The notes beneath the pieces were generated by a model. The model ran no database searches, was not told the origin of the DNA, and saw only the letters and a program-made list of their open reading frames with translations. A program made the translations under genes and the position numbers. A DNA stretch of 64,000 nucleotides, taken from NCBI GenBank assembly GCA_951406725.2, contig OX597821.1, forward strand, positions 51,150,001-51,214,000, in the 5' to 3' direction. Shown here piece by piece: positions 27,708-42,955 of this stretch; the stretch's first letter is position 1, and every line of letters begins with the position of its first letter. This stretch comes from Octopus vulgaris. Lineage: Eukaryota.

Positions 27708-28188
27708 TGTATGTATGTATGTATGTATGTATGTATGCATGCATGCATGCCTAGCTGTCTGTCTAACTACGATTTGGTGTGAGCATCAGTGTGCTACAGC
27801 ACTATGGGCTTATGGGCTTCAGTAAATAATGTATATTATCGAATATCTATAAGTATGTGTGTGTGTTTGTAATGATACTTTGACACACGCTCAAACAGAC
27901 GTACATACATATTTTTGATCAATTGCAGCACCAAATATTTATGGTACCAACATCTACTATCAACATCGTGTGGCTAAACGATTGTCTTTATTTCAACTGT
28001 GGCTGACGAAGTAAAGGTTGATCTAAAAATCTGGTAACTTGTAATAATACTGTTGAGATACCTTTCAATCCATTCTTCCTATTTGCTTAATTGAAATAGA
28101 CTTCTATTACCTGTTTAACCACTGCAATGCTCACTGATAAATATACCTTATAGATGAACTAAAACTACATACATACATAGATACACAT

Positions 28189-28225
28189 GTATCTATCTAT
28201 CTATCTATCTATCTGTCTGTCTATA

Positions 28226-28322
<97 letters not shown>
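28189..28322. repeat. (TATC)n microsatellite at the 5' junction of a LINE
   Basis: Directly visible. Confidence 0.95.
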
Positions 28323-28323
<1 letters not shown>

Positions 28324-28330
28324 CTCTGGG

Positions 28331-29057
28331 GGCTTGTGGGCTTGTGTCGAACAACTGCTGTCACGTGTGGGACGAGTCGGTTTATCAGCTGAGTCTATCG
28401 TTAATATTGTCACGCCTCCCTCCTTCAAACGGGAAGGAAGAGCTATTTTCATCATCCTTGTGGCTATGGCGAAAGAATGTATCTGGTGGACGCGTCTGAA
28501 AGGATTGGAGACAAACACTTTCCTCTCTGGTCAATCTCTCATCAACTTCTTCAAGTACCACTTGAAAAGGAAAGTGAGAGTAGAGAGGCAAGTTTTGTCT
28601 AGCGAACGTTTTAAAAAAAGATGGGTGAATGTAGCAAGAATGGCACGTATGAATGACGAAGCCACCTTGAGCATGATCCTATGAACCCAGAAATTGAAAA
28701 CAGAGAGTTGCTTATTTGCAAAAAAAAAAAAAAAAGAAATATAACATGTGACTCCATTGACCGAGGTTACCGTGGTCTTTTCCGTAGGCTTTTCTTTCCA
28801 CGGGTAAACCTCACCTGTCCTCCCCTTTACACTTCATATTGACATTTCTGTGATAACGATCCCTATTGATCAATTTTTTTTTTCCTCTCCCCCTTTTTTT
28901 AACCCCCTTTTTTTGTCCTCTTTCTCTCCTTTTACGATCCCTTTTGATCGAAACTCCCCCTTCCTTTCTTTTTTTTTTTTTTAAATCTTCAAAAGAAAAG
29001 CTCTACCTTGTAATTTGTTCTATCTGTGTGCAGCCCTGTGTGGCTAATAAAGAAACA
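28331..29057 (+). mobile_element. 5'-truncated L1/Tx1-clade non-LTR retrotransposon (ORF2 C-terminus and 3' UTR) with 13-bp TSD
   Basis: Open frame LWACVEQLL...AKECIWWTR...F.KRW...L* to 28684, near-identical to the copy at 63127 that carries the CCHC zinc finger; pyrimidine-rich 3' UTR ending GGCTAATAAAGAAACA; TSD TATCTACTCTGGG at 28318-28330 and 29058-29070. Confidence 0.9.
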
Positions 29058-29069
29058 TATCTACTCTGG

Positions 29070-29123
29070 GAGGGTAACTTTCTAGGTGCAATCCTATGGT
29101 CAGTAATGACCGAAGGGGATCTC
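29070..29123 (+). mobile_element. Isolated 3' tail of SINE family E
   Basis: GAGGGTAACTTTCTAGGTGCAATCCTATGGTCA matches 47098-47130. Confidence 0.75.
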
Positions 29124-29311
29124 ATGGTTTGTGGAAATTATCTTTACATTGAATGATGATTGAACAATTGCTTGATTGCAAGCGGTACCTGCTCTAAGTA
29201 CATCATGAGCAATCTATCTCGTATGGTATTTATACCATTTTTGTTCTCTATTTATCTCAGCTCACTTTCATCACACACACACACGCACGCACACACGCAC
29301 ACACACACGCG

Positions 29312-29530
29312 CGAGATGAGGCTCTGAAAAGTTCTTGACTTTAAGATATTGCAAAAAGCCTGGTTGAATGTCCAACCTTCCGAATTCATTTACGGTGCTT
29401 AGTAATATTGAAAGGGTGCTGCAATAAGTGTGGGAATCTGTGAGGGGGAATATGCTGACTAATGTCATAAATAACCGCTCCTCCTGTATTTTCTTTTACT
29501 CAAAGCCAGGAACATTTCAGCAATCCTTCG
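29312..29530 (+). mobile_element. Mariner-derived non-autonomous element
   Basis: Imperfect TIRs CTGAAAAGTTCTTGACTTT / AAAGCCAGGAACATTTCAG; internal AAGTGTGGGAATCTGTGAGGGGGAATATGCTGACTAA resembles a decayed mariner C-terminus (KCV..GEYVE*). Confidence 0.7.
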
Positions 29531-31762
29531 TGTATACAAATACCCATTCATATGTATGTATGTATATATAGGGTAGTGTAGTGTAGTGTAGTGCCTCTGA
29601 CATTTCACATGTAGTTATGAAAGTATATAGCAACGTAGGTTTGCAAATGTACTTACGTTTGTGAAACCATGTTTTCTTATTTATGCAATAATGTCATGAC
29701 ATTCGCGCTTTGAAACATATATCTTCCTATTTCGGATGAAAATGTATTATATTATGAAGGTGGAAAATAAAGCAAAACCCGTGGAGCATCAGCATTCAAT
29801 GGTACCTACTTAGGAATCTTTTTGATCTTTGTTCTACAGAGCGATTTACCTGTGCTAGATTTTTCCATCCTTTCATCCGACATAAATATTTTTCTTCTAA
29901 AAGGTTGCTGCGTGAGGAGCTGCTGGTTTTGTTAGTTATCCCTAGGGTAGCTTTGATCGTGTAAAACTATCATTCTTGCAATGATTATCTCTTTGCATAT
30001 CAGGAAACGCATTGTCTTTTCTTGAGTTTGATTAGAGGGGAATTAGCTGCTAATTCCTACAAGTCAGGCAACAGAGTTAAGTATACTTCATTAGCTCGTG
30101 AACATGCCGAGTTTAATACATACATAGATGTAGATATAGATATAAATACATGCACAAACATACGCCTACTCACACATAGGTATGTGTGTGTATACATGTA
30201 TTCATTTTGATATATTAAATTTCATACCAGTCATTACTTGCGTCATCACTGACTTAGAATCAATACCCAGATCAAATAGTTGACGCAGGCTTAATGCGAT
30301 TTTTTGTTTTTAATAATTGGTTAAAACCACATCCAAACTCCAATGTCAGTAGAAATTAAACACTTTAGTGCTGCTACCAAATGAAGCAGTTATTGCTTAT
30401 TCAGTTCTCTTGCCATTTAAATCTGGCCATAATAACTACTTACGGATGGTACCAATTTATCTTTTCGATCAATATGGCAAACTATCGAACTTGGTTTACT
30501 TATATACTTTGCCTTCTAAATCAGATACACCACTTGTAGAACAAATTATGTGTAGTAGTGAATTCAATCTATAAAATCAAACACTTCAAAAAAATCGAAT
30601 TGTTTCAAAAATAAAAAAAGAAATCTATATTTAATAACACTACGTATTTCTTTGATTCTGTTGAGAAGTTATTCGTTTAAGAATAACAGAGCTGAATGAA
30701 TGTATGTAATCGACATCATTACATATATATATCTGTTTGTTGGCCTACTGCGGCTAGATGCATAGAATTTATTACTAAACTTTTAACCTATCAATGCGAC
30801 GGTTCAGAACATATATCTACGATAATAATTGAGTGATCGAGAAGATAAATCTCTCTACAGTCACTAATGCATATCTGGAGTGGTTTTTCATTATGATAAT
30901 TGATTGTACGATATTACATCTTCTCTATGCTGCAATGATAAAGTTATATTGGTTATGCATCTGTAGCAAAACCAGGTATAGCTGGGATGATACAGATAAG
31001 TACTATATCAGAACCAGAATAAGTTAAGTCTTTGTTCCATAACGGTCATGATCCCGTTTTATCTCATAGAAATTTATTTATGGTTGTGTACATGTGTACG
31101 AGATGGTGTATAAGAGGGGTCAGTATCAAAACAATTAGGGAGATTTTCGGAAATTCAAACGCATGCACTTATCTATCAATATGAATACGTGATTCCATCT
31201 CTATGTATTCAAATCAAATATCCTTACGCACATTCAATATCCGTATACAACCGTACATATAAACGTGCAACCATGCACTTACACACATACACCCACCCAC
31301 ACTGATATGTTTGTGTATATATTTATATGGATTTTGGCAGGCACGATTATTTAGCTACACATGAATATCTCCATTTAGGATACTGCTTTAGAATATTGGG
31401 TATGTTTAATTGTTTAATATACGAGTGCATTGCATTTCTGCTCGTGAGAGTGTACGTGGATGTATGCATTTATGTGTGCACGCTTGTGGATATGTATCTA
31501 TTGGTGCACGTGTTTGCTTATCTGTGTATATGTCTATGGTGCGTGCATTATTGTCTATATGCTTGAATTAGGAAAATATGTCATTTCAACATCAGATGTT
31601 ATGACTGATGAAGGCGAGTTTGATCCTTCGATATAATAACGGAATCATCTTTTCCCTGTATCAAAACACGTATACACATGCTTACATATATAAATGCACA
31701 CATATATACGCGTACATACAAGTACACACACACCCATCCAGACACACGCCCATATAGATATG

Positions 31763-31794
<32 letters not shown>

Positions 31795-31873
31795 CGTGTG
31801 TGTGTGTGTGTCTGTGTGTGTGTGTGCGTGTATATATATATGTGTATTATATGTATTAATATATATATATACG

Positions 31874-31906
<33 letters not shown>

Positions 31907-33142
31907 ATATTTATATACATACACACATATATGTATATGATATGCATATATGTATACGTGTATACATATGTGTGTGTGTGTATACTTATATGTGCGTATA
32001 TGTGTGTGTGTGTGTGCGTGTGTGGATATAAACTAAATGTCCCCATTTGTAAATATATGTATAGACTGATTACTTCTTTGTGAGCAATATTTATTCAGAA
32101 AGATGATATAAACAAAAGGTTAATATCTTTGTGACGTAACAAACTAATGGCACATAGAACTCCCCCAAATGTACATTCCAAAGAATATTGTTTATAGACC
32201 CATACATGCATATATATACATGTATATCGTATATCATATTCAGTGAAAATCTTATGCATTATTTTGTCTTGCTTTTACGAGTTTTTGATGTGCTGTAAAT
32301 GTTCAGTGTTAATTGGATTTATGGAAGGGCTGGAATTATACAGGGCTACAGAGATCCCTAACATAGCGAAGGACATAACTGCAAAAATTAGTCCCCAAAC
32401 TGTGTTTCTTTATATATAATCCGAAATGTATTCAATATAGTATTTTTTTTTAAATCCCAGAAAACTGGTAGTGAAGCATACAACTTATAAAGGAGTCAGT
32501 CATACAGACAGGCAGTCAGACAGATAGACAGGCAGATAGTGAGACAGACAAACAGGCAGACTGACTGACAGAAAGTCAGGTTTTTATGCCTTATATGCCC
32601 GTTTGTCTGTCTGTGTGCCTGCTTGCGTGTGTATCTATCTATCTGTCTGTCTGTCTATGGAATTGCATTATTTATACGTACATGTTTATTAATATGAGTA
32701 TTACTTACGTGTTTGTGTATATATAGGTTCATCCTTAACTAGACAATTGCTTAAATATTTTACAAATGTTCACTCTACCTCTAATCGATTGTCTCTGGGA
32801 AATACAAAAAAAAAAAAAAAATCAGTCCACTTTTTTCCTGTTTCTAGAATTGGAACATGCCTAGGTTTCTATGCGAAACTGTTTTTACGTAGCTCAGTGC
32901 ACCATGATAAGAAATGAAAACCTAGAACATGGATATTAGAGCTGTGACATCCTCTTAAGTTCTCCAAAGATGTGCTATTTTCTACACTTTTTGTCCAAGC
33001 CTTCATATTCACTGATCAACTAATGTCTACAACGGTGCTCGACTTTCAACCCCTGAGTCGTACAGTTTTTATCTGGCCTGCTGTGCTTACACCCGGTATT
33101 TTTTAATTGGAATGTTCCAGTAGAATTATATACAGCTATATA

Positions 33143-33350
33143 TTGGTTTCAAATTTTAGCACAAAGCCAGTAGTTTCCGGGGCTGGGTTGGAGTATAGTC
33201 AATTACATCGACCTCAGTGTTCAACTGGTATTTATTTTATGGATCCCGTAATGCTTAAAAGCATAGTCGACTTCGGCGTAATTTGAACTCGGACGAAATA
33301 CCGCTAAGTATTTTGCCCATTTTGCTAACGATTCTGCTAGCTCACCACCT
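33143..33350 (-). mobile_element. SINE family A, degenerate
   Basis: AACTGGTA...AGTCGACTTCGGCGTAATTTGAACTC.GACGAAATACCGCTAAG...GCTAACGATTCTGCTAGCTCACCACCT. Confidence 0.75.
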
Positions 33351-33908
33351 TCACATATAGATATATATTAAGGTGCGATACTATCTGGTTCTACTTCTAG
33401 CCTTCTAGATAATCCTTCCTGCATATAATTTCAGAGACTGACTTAGCGACAGTGTTTTGTCTCATGTGAAGGTACTGACGGACACTTTTGAGCAGCTACT
33501 AATTATATATTTTCCACATTGATGTTGCATAATAGACACATTGTATCCCAGCATGGTGGTCTAGAGGCGTTCTTATCTCTTTTGCTGATCTGGTATTTAG
33601 TAGCTATCTTATGTTTTTGAGTAGCAGAGGCGTAGCAAAGGCGTAGCCTTCTAAGTGAGATGTACGTAATGTGAGAGAGAAAGTGTGTAAATGTGTGCGT
33701 ATATACTTGTATATACATATATAATTAATCTGAATTAACCTAATAATCTCCATATATGTGAGTGTTCATACTAAAAAATACATGCTTTTTAGAAAGTGCA
33801 AAACTAAAAAATAAATAGAACATAGCCACACACAGACGCACACGAACAAACACTCAGATGTACATATAAGCGTACGCATACATATATACACATATGTGCA
33901 TACATATA

Positions 33909-33965
<57 letters not shown>

Positions 33966-33993
33966 ACACATACCCAGACACACATACACACAC

Positions 33994-34038
<45 letters not shown>

Positions 34039-34527
34039 ACTATGTACACTGTTATATAAAAAGACACATTAACTCAATCATAGATTATCTCATCGCTTTT
34101 TGAGCTGTATAAACAACACTATTATAAGTAGTTAAACTATTGAAAGTTTGAGAAATTTTTCGGTTATTTCTGAAAGCTTTCCCAATTTCTATAACTTTCT
34201 ATATGCTATACATTTTCTATTGTTGTTGTTTTTCTTTACTCCTGCTTTTCAAATATGAAATAATTTCAGCTAAAACATTTTTCGCCTCGTATGTGCCTAA
34301 AATTTTAAAATCGTACATTTTATGAACAAGAATTTTTGTGTATGCATCAATCATGAGAACTGCATGAAAAATAGTCACTGGTTGAAAATGCCGCTAGGTT
34401 TTAACACCTGAATTCACAGTAAAATCTAATTTAATTATTCACATATACATAGGTGAGAAAGGTAGTATTTCGTAAAATGTAACTTACAATTTCGACGATC
34501 ATATAAGAAAATTGGGATCTAAATATT

Positions 34528-34716
34528 CTTATTTCTTTATTGCCCACAAAGGGCTAAACATAAAGGGGACAAAGAAGGACAGACAAACGGATTAAGTCGA
34601 TTATATCGACTCCAGTGCGTAACTGGAACTTATTTCATCGACCCCGAGAAGATGAAAGGCAAAGTCGACCTCGGCGGAATTTGAACTCAGAACGTAAGGG
34701 CAGACGAAATACCGCT

Positions 34717-34717
<1 letters not shown>
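34528..34717 (-). mobile_element. SINE family A, 5'-truncated, tail1
   Basis: Reverse complement of core and tail1. Confidence 0.9.
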
Positions 34718-34747
<30 letters not shown>

Positions 34748-35166
34748 GGCGCAGGGGTGGGTGTGGGGTACGTAGCTTACTTACCAACCACATGGTCCCG
34801 TGTTCAGTCTCACTACGTGGCACCTTGGGCAAGTGTCTTCTACTATAGGCTCGGGCCAACCAAAGCCTTGTGAGTGGATTTGGTAGACGGAAACTGAAAG
34901 AAGCCCATTGTATATATGTATATGTATATATATAAATATGCGTATGTGTTCGTGTGTTTGTTTTTGCCCCCCCACACACACACACACATCGCCTCACGAC
35001 CGGTGCTGCTATGTTTACGTCCTCGTAACATAGCGGTTCAACAAAAGAGACCGATAGAATAAGTACTAGGCTTACAAAGAATAAGTCCTGTGGTTGATTT
35101 GCTCGACTAAAGGAGGTGGTCCAGCATGGTCACAGTCAAATGACAAACAAGTAAAAGAGTAAAGAG

Positions 35167-35169
<3 letters not shown>
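34748..35169 (+). mobile_element. tRNA-derived SINE family B, full length, with internal microsatellite
   Basis: GGCGCAGG head, GTTCAGTC B-box-like, GGCACCTTGGGCAAGTGTCTT core, tail CCAGCATGGTCACAGTCAAATGAC...AAAAGAGTAAAGAGT. Confidence 0.9.
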
Positions 35170-35211
<42 letters not shown>

Positions 35212-36572
35212 CATATATATGTGTGGGCTGATCTATATGTGTGTGTGTGTTCGTGCGTGTGTGTGTGTGTCTGCATCTTTATTTTTGTTATGTTCTTTCT
35301 GTTGTGTCCCTATATATTATTTAAGCGGTTCGACAAATAAAATTCGGTAAAGTGGGTGCTAAACTGAAATAATCACTTTCAAGATGTTATGCTAGTATGA
35401 CCCCTGTCTAGTGACTGAAACTAGAATATGAATATTTGTATAAATCCCTATATATCTATTTCATCAGAATTCAAGGTGTCTTGTGATCGTCTATACTTTT
35501 CTATACACGCTAGTCATCAATAAGTATATTTCTAACACACACTTTTACAAACAAATATACACACGTGTATATGTGTGTGTGTGTGTGCATATGGTATGTG
35601 TTAGGGGCTGTCTGTGTGTATTGATTACTTTTGTTATTTTGTATGAATCAAGCAAACAGAAATCGTGTCTTCATTTGGAAACGTTTTTCATAACTAAATA
35701 TTAATATCTTGTCCCCCAGCTTCTGAATGTCAATATATAGAATTCATTCTTGAGATGTATCACTCACGGTCAGACATAAATGTGTGACAATTCACTATTC
35801 ACTGGACTTCTACAACGGAAATGAAATTCCATTCGATTTTTTTTTAAAGAAATATAAAAATAAAAACGCAACATATTTCACAAACAATATTCAACATCTG
35901 CTTTATTTTTATTTAGATATATATGGACATGAGAGAGTTTTATTGAATGATGGAGTGATAGGAATAAAAATAGCTGTATAGTTTGCTTGTCATTTGATAT
36001 CGGATAAATAGGAGACATTTATTGATACGATGTGCTCCAAATCACTTCAGTTACAGTTCAAATATTCCGTAATATTGATAAGAGAAATCCTTCCACGTTT
36101 ACCTTGCCAGATTTTGAAAGCTATCTTCATAAATTAAAGATGCATTTCAAATATGAATTTAACGCGCTCCAGCGGGAAGCTGATAGGCGGTCCTTCAGCT
36201 ATCTCGAAATAATAGCTAAATCTTCAGCCATTCATACTCTATTGTTTTGATTGAAAAAGAAGAGCACTTTATAAAATGTAGTCTGATTAAGAATAACGTT
36301 TTAAAAAAGCAAAAACTAGGAATGTCGCATTGGAACATTTTCTTGTCCTCTTCATTCAATATGCTGTAAACATGAATTCTATAATTCAAAGAGAGTTTTT
36401 CTACGTGTTTAGTTGACCTGCTAGATATATCATACACATCTTACTCATACTACTAACTTGAATAATGTCAGGTCAGATATGGGGGTATACGTCATTGCAG
36501 CATTCACCATTTGTGCGTGTTTTAGCTTCATTACCATGGCAACAGTCCAAATACTTATTGATCAGACCACGT

Positions 36573-37485
<913 letters not shown>

Positions 37486-37486
37486 C

Positions 37487-37562
<76 letters not shown>

Positions 37563-39608
37563 GTATTACATACCAAATTATATATTTATTTGAAGTTTAA
37601 AAGGTTCGAATGTGATTTCAAAGAAAATTGAAATAAGATGTTGAGAGCAGAATCCTGAACTACAATTTCCACCTTACCCAATATTTTGGGTTGTATATCA
37701 AAATGGCAGAGCATGTCGAGCTGCTATCATTGCTCAGATACGTAAGAGAATTTGCGGCCTATGGTCTCGTGTATATCTCATCTATTGTTAATCGATGGCT
37801 TCACTTAAATAATGATGACGGACATCTCAACCCGTGTCTGAAATTGTCTGCGATAAATATGGCGATTTGTGAATCGGATATAGAATCTGAGATGAAATAT
37901 TCGCATCAAGGAATATACGCAGAATAACATGTCATTCAAACACACATTAAAATATTACCCTAGAGACTATACGGTTATCTAAAAAGCAATAGAGCGTAGC
38001 GTTGGTAATCTGTAAATCATGGGTGTCATTCTTGTTTATAAAATGAAGCTGTCTATTAACAGTTAGCGCGAGGTACAGTGGATTAATCATTGTAATAATA
38101 CCAATATTACAAAATCTGTCATTTGAGCAGATATTACAAGCTCCATTTTTTTCTGAAGAATATAGAATAAACTCGATTTAGGTAAAGCGTAAAATTTTGT
38201 TCTGAATGCGGTACTTTTGGTTTCACTCTTTTATTTCAGTTTGCATTGTATTGATATTTAAACAAGTTTTAGCGTTAAATATCACACATTACGTCACTCA
38301 AATTACACTACTCTAATGTATGTGTACCTCTTATGTATGTATGTATGTATGTATGTATGTATGTATGTATGTATGTATGTATGTATGTATGTATGTACGT
38401 ATGCATATATGTATGTACGTAAGTACGTATGTTGAATGAATGTGTGTGTGTGTGAAACTACGAAATTTGTTTCGTAAAATGAATCTTATCTTAACTTCGT
38501 ATAATTTCTGCTTAATGTTATATGTATGTGTATGTTTTTGTACGTGTGTTGTGAGAGAGGGGGATGGGGAGCAGTAAGAGAGACGGTGTAGTAGGAGTAA
38601 AAGATTGATACGTAGACGTATTTATTTTTCCATTAGGAATATATTTTCTGCTAATAGTGTCAAGTTATTGTTTTATTTCACATAGTAATTACCGGTTTGA
38701 GACAGAAGAGTGAAATAGAGGTTTAGTGTGTAAAAGTGTCACTAAGAACATCTAGTATTGCTTTGCGATCAGATTGCTGTTCTTTATTACAGTCATCGGA
38801 GATTGAAGGAACAATGTACACTTTGGCATCATTTCAACTCATAAATGCTAAATAACAGATCAAATATCGGAAAGTAGCTAATAATATCTCTACAAAATAT
38901 GCTACGTCGATCAAAGTCAAACACGAACATATGAGTCGATACGAGATTATTTACGTGGATATTATGCCTGATAGATATAGCAACCAAATATATCTCTTTT
39001 AGAAATATACACTGTAAATCGGAAGAGGACGTGATCCTGTCTGTACACAGTATGGGAAAAAAAGATACAGGTCGATCATGATTAAGTTTTGTTGATAACA
39101 GATCTGCTTAATAAAACCTTATGTCAGCAACATCAGAAATACATTCATAAGTGAACCCTGGTGAAAGTAAGAGTAGCTCCGTAAAATTTTACATAGCGTT
39201 GTAACACGTGTATTCATTCGTTTAGTATGCAGAAAGGACAGTATTCATTATCTTTTACCGGAGTAGTAGTTTGTAAGGTGTAGACAAATCGGAGACCTGC
39301 CACTTGCAGCAGACATGACACTGCTAAGAGTAGCCTAGAACCAGGTGTTCAAGTATACGTTACATTCAGTCCACTATCTAAGCTTACATTGACAGGTTAT
39401 AAACGTATTTCGTTTCTTTTGTACAGTCAGTTTTTGAATTATATTATAGATCTTTTCACTTGTTTGTATTCTTTATAGATCTATACCTCTAAAGTGCTGG
39501 CACGTCTGATGTATTGGTGTTGCTACTATGTTTTAATTAAATATGTCGCTCTGTGTGTCTTCAGTAATATACCCAATATATATATATATTTGTACGTGTT
39601 TATATACA

Positions 39609-40107
<499 letters not shown>

Positions 40108-40147
40108 ACGTATATATATATATATATCTTAAGAACTACTACTACTA

Positions 40148-40256
<109 letters not shown>

Positions 40257-40439
40257 CATATATATATATATATACATATATATACATATATATATCCTAA
40301 GAACTACTGCTACTACTACTATATAAATATACATATATAAATAAAATTTAATGTACATTATATTAAAATAAGGACAACTTATATATATATATATGTGTGT
40401 GTGTATAATATATATATATTATATTTATGTATATATATT

Positions 40440-40878
40440 TACATGTCTTGCAAACAACTTGCACATGCAAGTGCTACCAGTTAAAAGCTCCTTATACCGG
40501 AAGCTAGCAAGTGTATGGGGTCATCAGGAGAGAATGCGCGCCGTTTCGGGGCCTACCTCTCGACGGCATCAATGCGCACGGCCCCCCTCACTGATATGAG
40601 GACCCGCTTGCTAGATCAGCTGGTTATGAAGAACTCAATATACTTCTAGCCATCGCTCATCGTCTCTTTTTAACCAAGTCCAGTGGCTAGCCTTCTCCAC
40701 TGTAGATTTGATATCAGTCATGGTGGTATTGACTTTACGATGAGTTAGGCCTATCGATAACAACAGTCGTCTCACGCTGTGTCCAACAAACCCTCTACAT
40801 CCGACTTCGATAGGAAAATGTTCCGCTTTCCAGCCTGCGTCTTCACATTCCTCGAGGAGATTTTCATAACGGTTCAAT
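40440..40878 (-). mobile_element. 3' end of a restriction-like-endonuclease non-LTR retrotransposon (HERO-like)
   Basis: Minus frame [30 protein letters not shown]...[17 protein letters not shown] (stop at 40635); P.EVG.RG and AS.W.W.KR are RLE/HERO C-terminal motifs; ~190-nt GC-rich 3' UTR; flanked by TA-rich repeats. Confidence 0.8.
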
Positions 40879-40930
40879 TTTATATATAATAATATAAATA
40901 ATATAGATATATAGATGTGTGTATATATAT

Positions 40931-41028
<98 letters not shown>

Positions 41029-42264
41029 AAAGATAACGTGTGTATGTAAGTGTAGGTTGTGGGCATCTTTGTGTTTGTGTATTTTTTGTGTTTGTGTTTG
41101 TGTTTGTTAATGTGTGTACTGAGTTGAGCAGTAGACTGTTTAAATATTCTGACACCTAAATTCGTATCATCATTTTGAGCTATTTCATATCAATAGAGAA
41201 TGGACACTATACAAATATAAATATACGAATACTGGTTCACAGACACATGAAAAAACTCAAACATATGATACGAGAAAATAAATAATAGCATTTACATATT
41301 TTTACAAACGCAGTTCCGACTTACAGCTGTTTCTGATAAGTTTCATACGTTCGTTCTTCAATCTGTATACTAAATCCGTCCATTGATCGACTGAGAACAT
41401 TCGAATGATCCTTGAATCTAATGCGGTCCTCGTCAGTGAAATTTCATGCAAAAGAAAGCAGAATAATAAGTGAATAATACAGGCATGAGGAGGGGAGTGA
41501 AAGGAAGTAAGCAATATAAGATGATTGGAAGAAAAGTGGGCAGAAAAAGAAAATATAACCCGGCAGAGAAGAAAGATAAAGCGTAGAGGATGGGAGATAC
41601 AAGATGAAAAGAAGAAAAGTAGAAAACTAGAAACAAAGGAGGGGACAGAAATATAATTTGGTGTCCTTTATGCCTATAATTAGATAACCACTCTCAAAGC
41701 GTCAGTTCTCCAGGATATATCTAGAAATTATTACGTAATTTGATATTGGTTACTATATCCAGTGGTCAGCTTAAATCTTTAATTTTAGGTTGTTTACTAC
41801 TGTCTCCATTTGCAGTGTTTGTTGCTAATCGAAGCGCATTTGAAAGGTAGAAAGATAAACTGCACGGCAAACTAAAACAGCAATCATACAAAGATGGAAA
41901 GGTTGAGATGCTACACCGTTATCAGAGTTAGCTCTGCTAAATATGAATAGGATAGAGTCAGCCAATAGACAAAAGGAATACACTGGACTGAAATAAATCG
42001 ATAAATAAATAAAATAAATTAAATAAGATATCTTTGGAATTAGCTTCTTTCAACCAAGTGAATTATATTACAATGAGACAAAGTGCATAACCTGTACGGC
42101 GTAAAGGAGCAAAGCAAAACTAGAGGGTGCTGTTGAAGTGTTATTGGGGTGCTTTTAAAATCAATAATAAACAGAATAAGTGTGAAAAAATAAAAAGGTA
42201 CAAAAACGTAAAAAAAAATGAAAATGAAAGATAAAAAAATTAAAATGAAACAGAAACACTTGAA

Positions 42265-42432
42265 CATGTGTGTGTTTGTGTTTTTACCCCTTCCGTCCCT
42301 TGACAACCGATGTTGGTGTGTTTACGTCCCCATAACTTAGCGGTTTGGCAAAATTACTGAAAAAATAAATACTCGGCTTACAACTAGTAACTCCTGGGTT
42401 CAATTTGTTCGACTAAAAGGCGCTGCTCCAAA
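42265..42432 (+). mobile_element. SINE family B, 3' half
   Basis: CTTGACAACCGATGTTGGTGTGTTTACGTCCCCATAACTTAGCGGTTTGGCAAAA...GGCGCTGCTCCA. Confidence 0.75.
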
Positions 42433-42825
42433 TAGTATTAATAAAAGGATAAGAATAATGCAGGTACTAAGAATAAAATGAAATATACAGAATAAAAAAA
42501 TAGATTAGAAGAGAGCAATGATAAGTACTGCGTAAACCCCTAGTCAAGGTGACCAGCTAAACTATAGCATAAAAAATGAATATATATATATATACTCTTT
42601 TACCTGTTTCAGTCATTTAACTGCAGTCATGTTGGAGCAGCGCCTTTTAGTCGAACAAATTTAAATGACAAGGCGTGGTTGTAGTAACGAAGCTTAAAGT
42701 CAGTTGCCCAACATCCCAAATAACAGTACATTTTATTATCAATAACTACTGAACATTTGCAGACTGTTCTCAAGACGTATTTTATTTAAAGGACATACAT
42801 AAGCAGAAATCGAAAGGAGCCTGTC

Positions 42826-42906
<81 letters not shown>

Positions 42907-42955
42907 CTCACGCGTATCTTTGTGTGTATTTGTGCTTGTGTTTGTCCTTCACCGT

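Noticed and set aside
31600-31650. CTGATGAAGG...CCTTCGATA resembling a hammerhead
   Set aside because: GAAA is replaced by GATA, stems I and III are unconvincing, and it is single-copy; at best a decayed relic
40515-40555. Hammerhead-like words on the minus strand (CCGAAAC...CTGATGA) in the HERO-like 3' UTR
   Set aside because: Stems II and III cannot be formed around the core and there is no suitable NUH triplet
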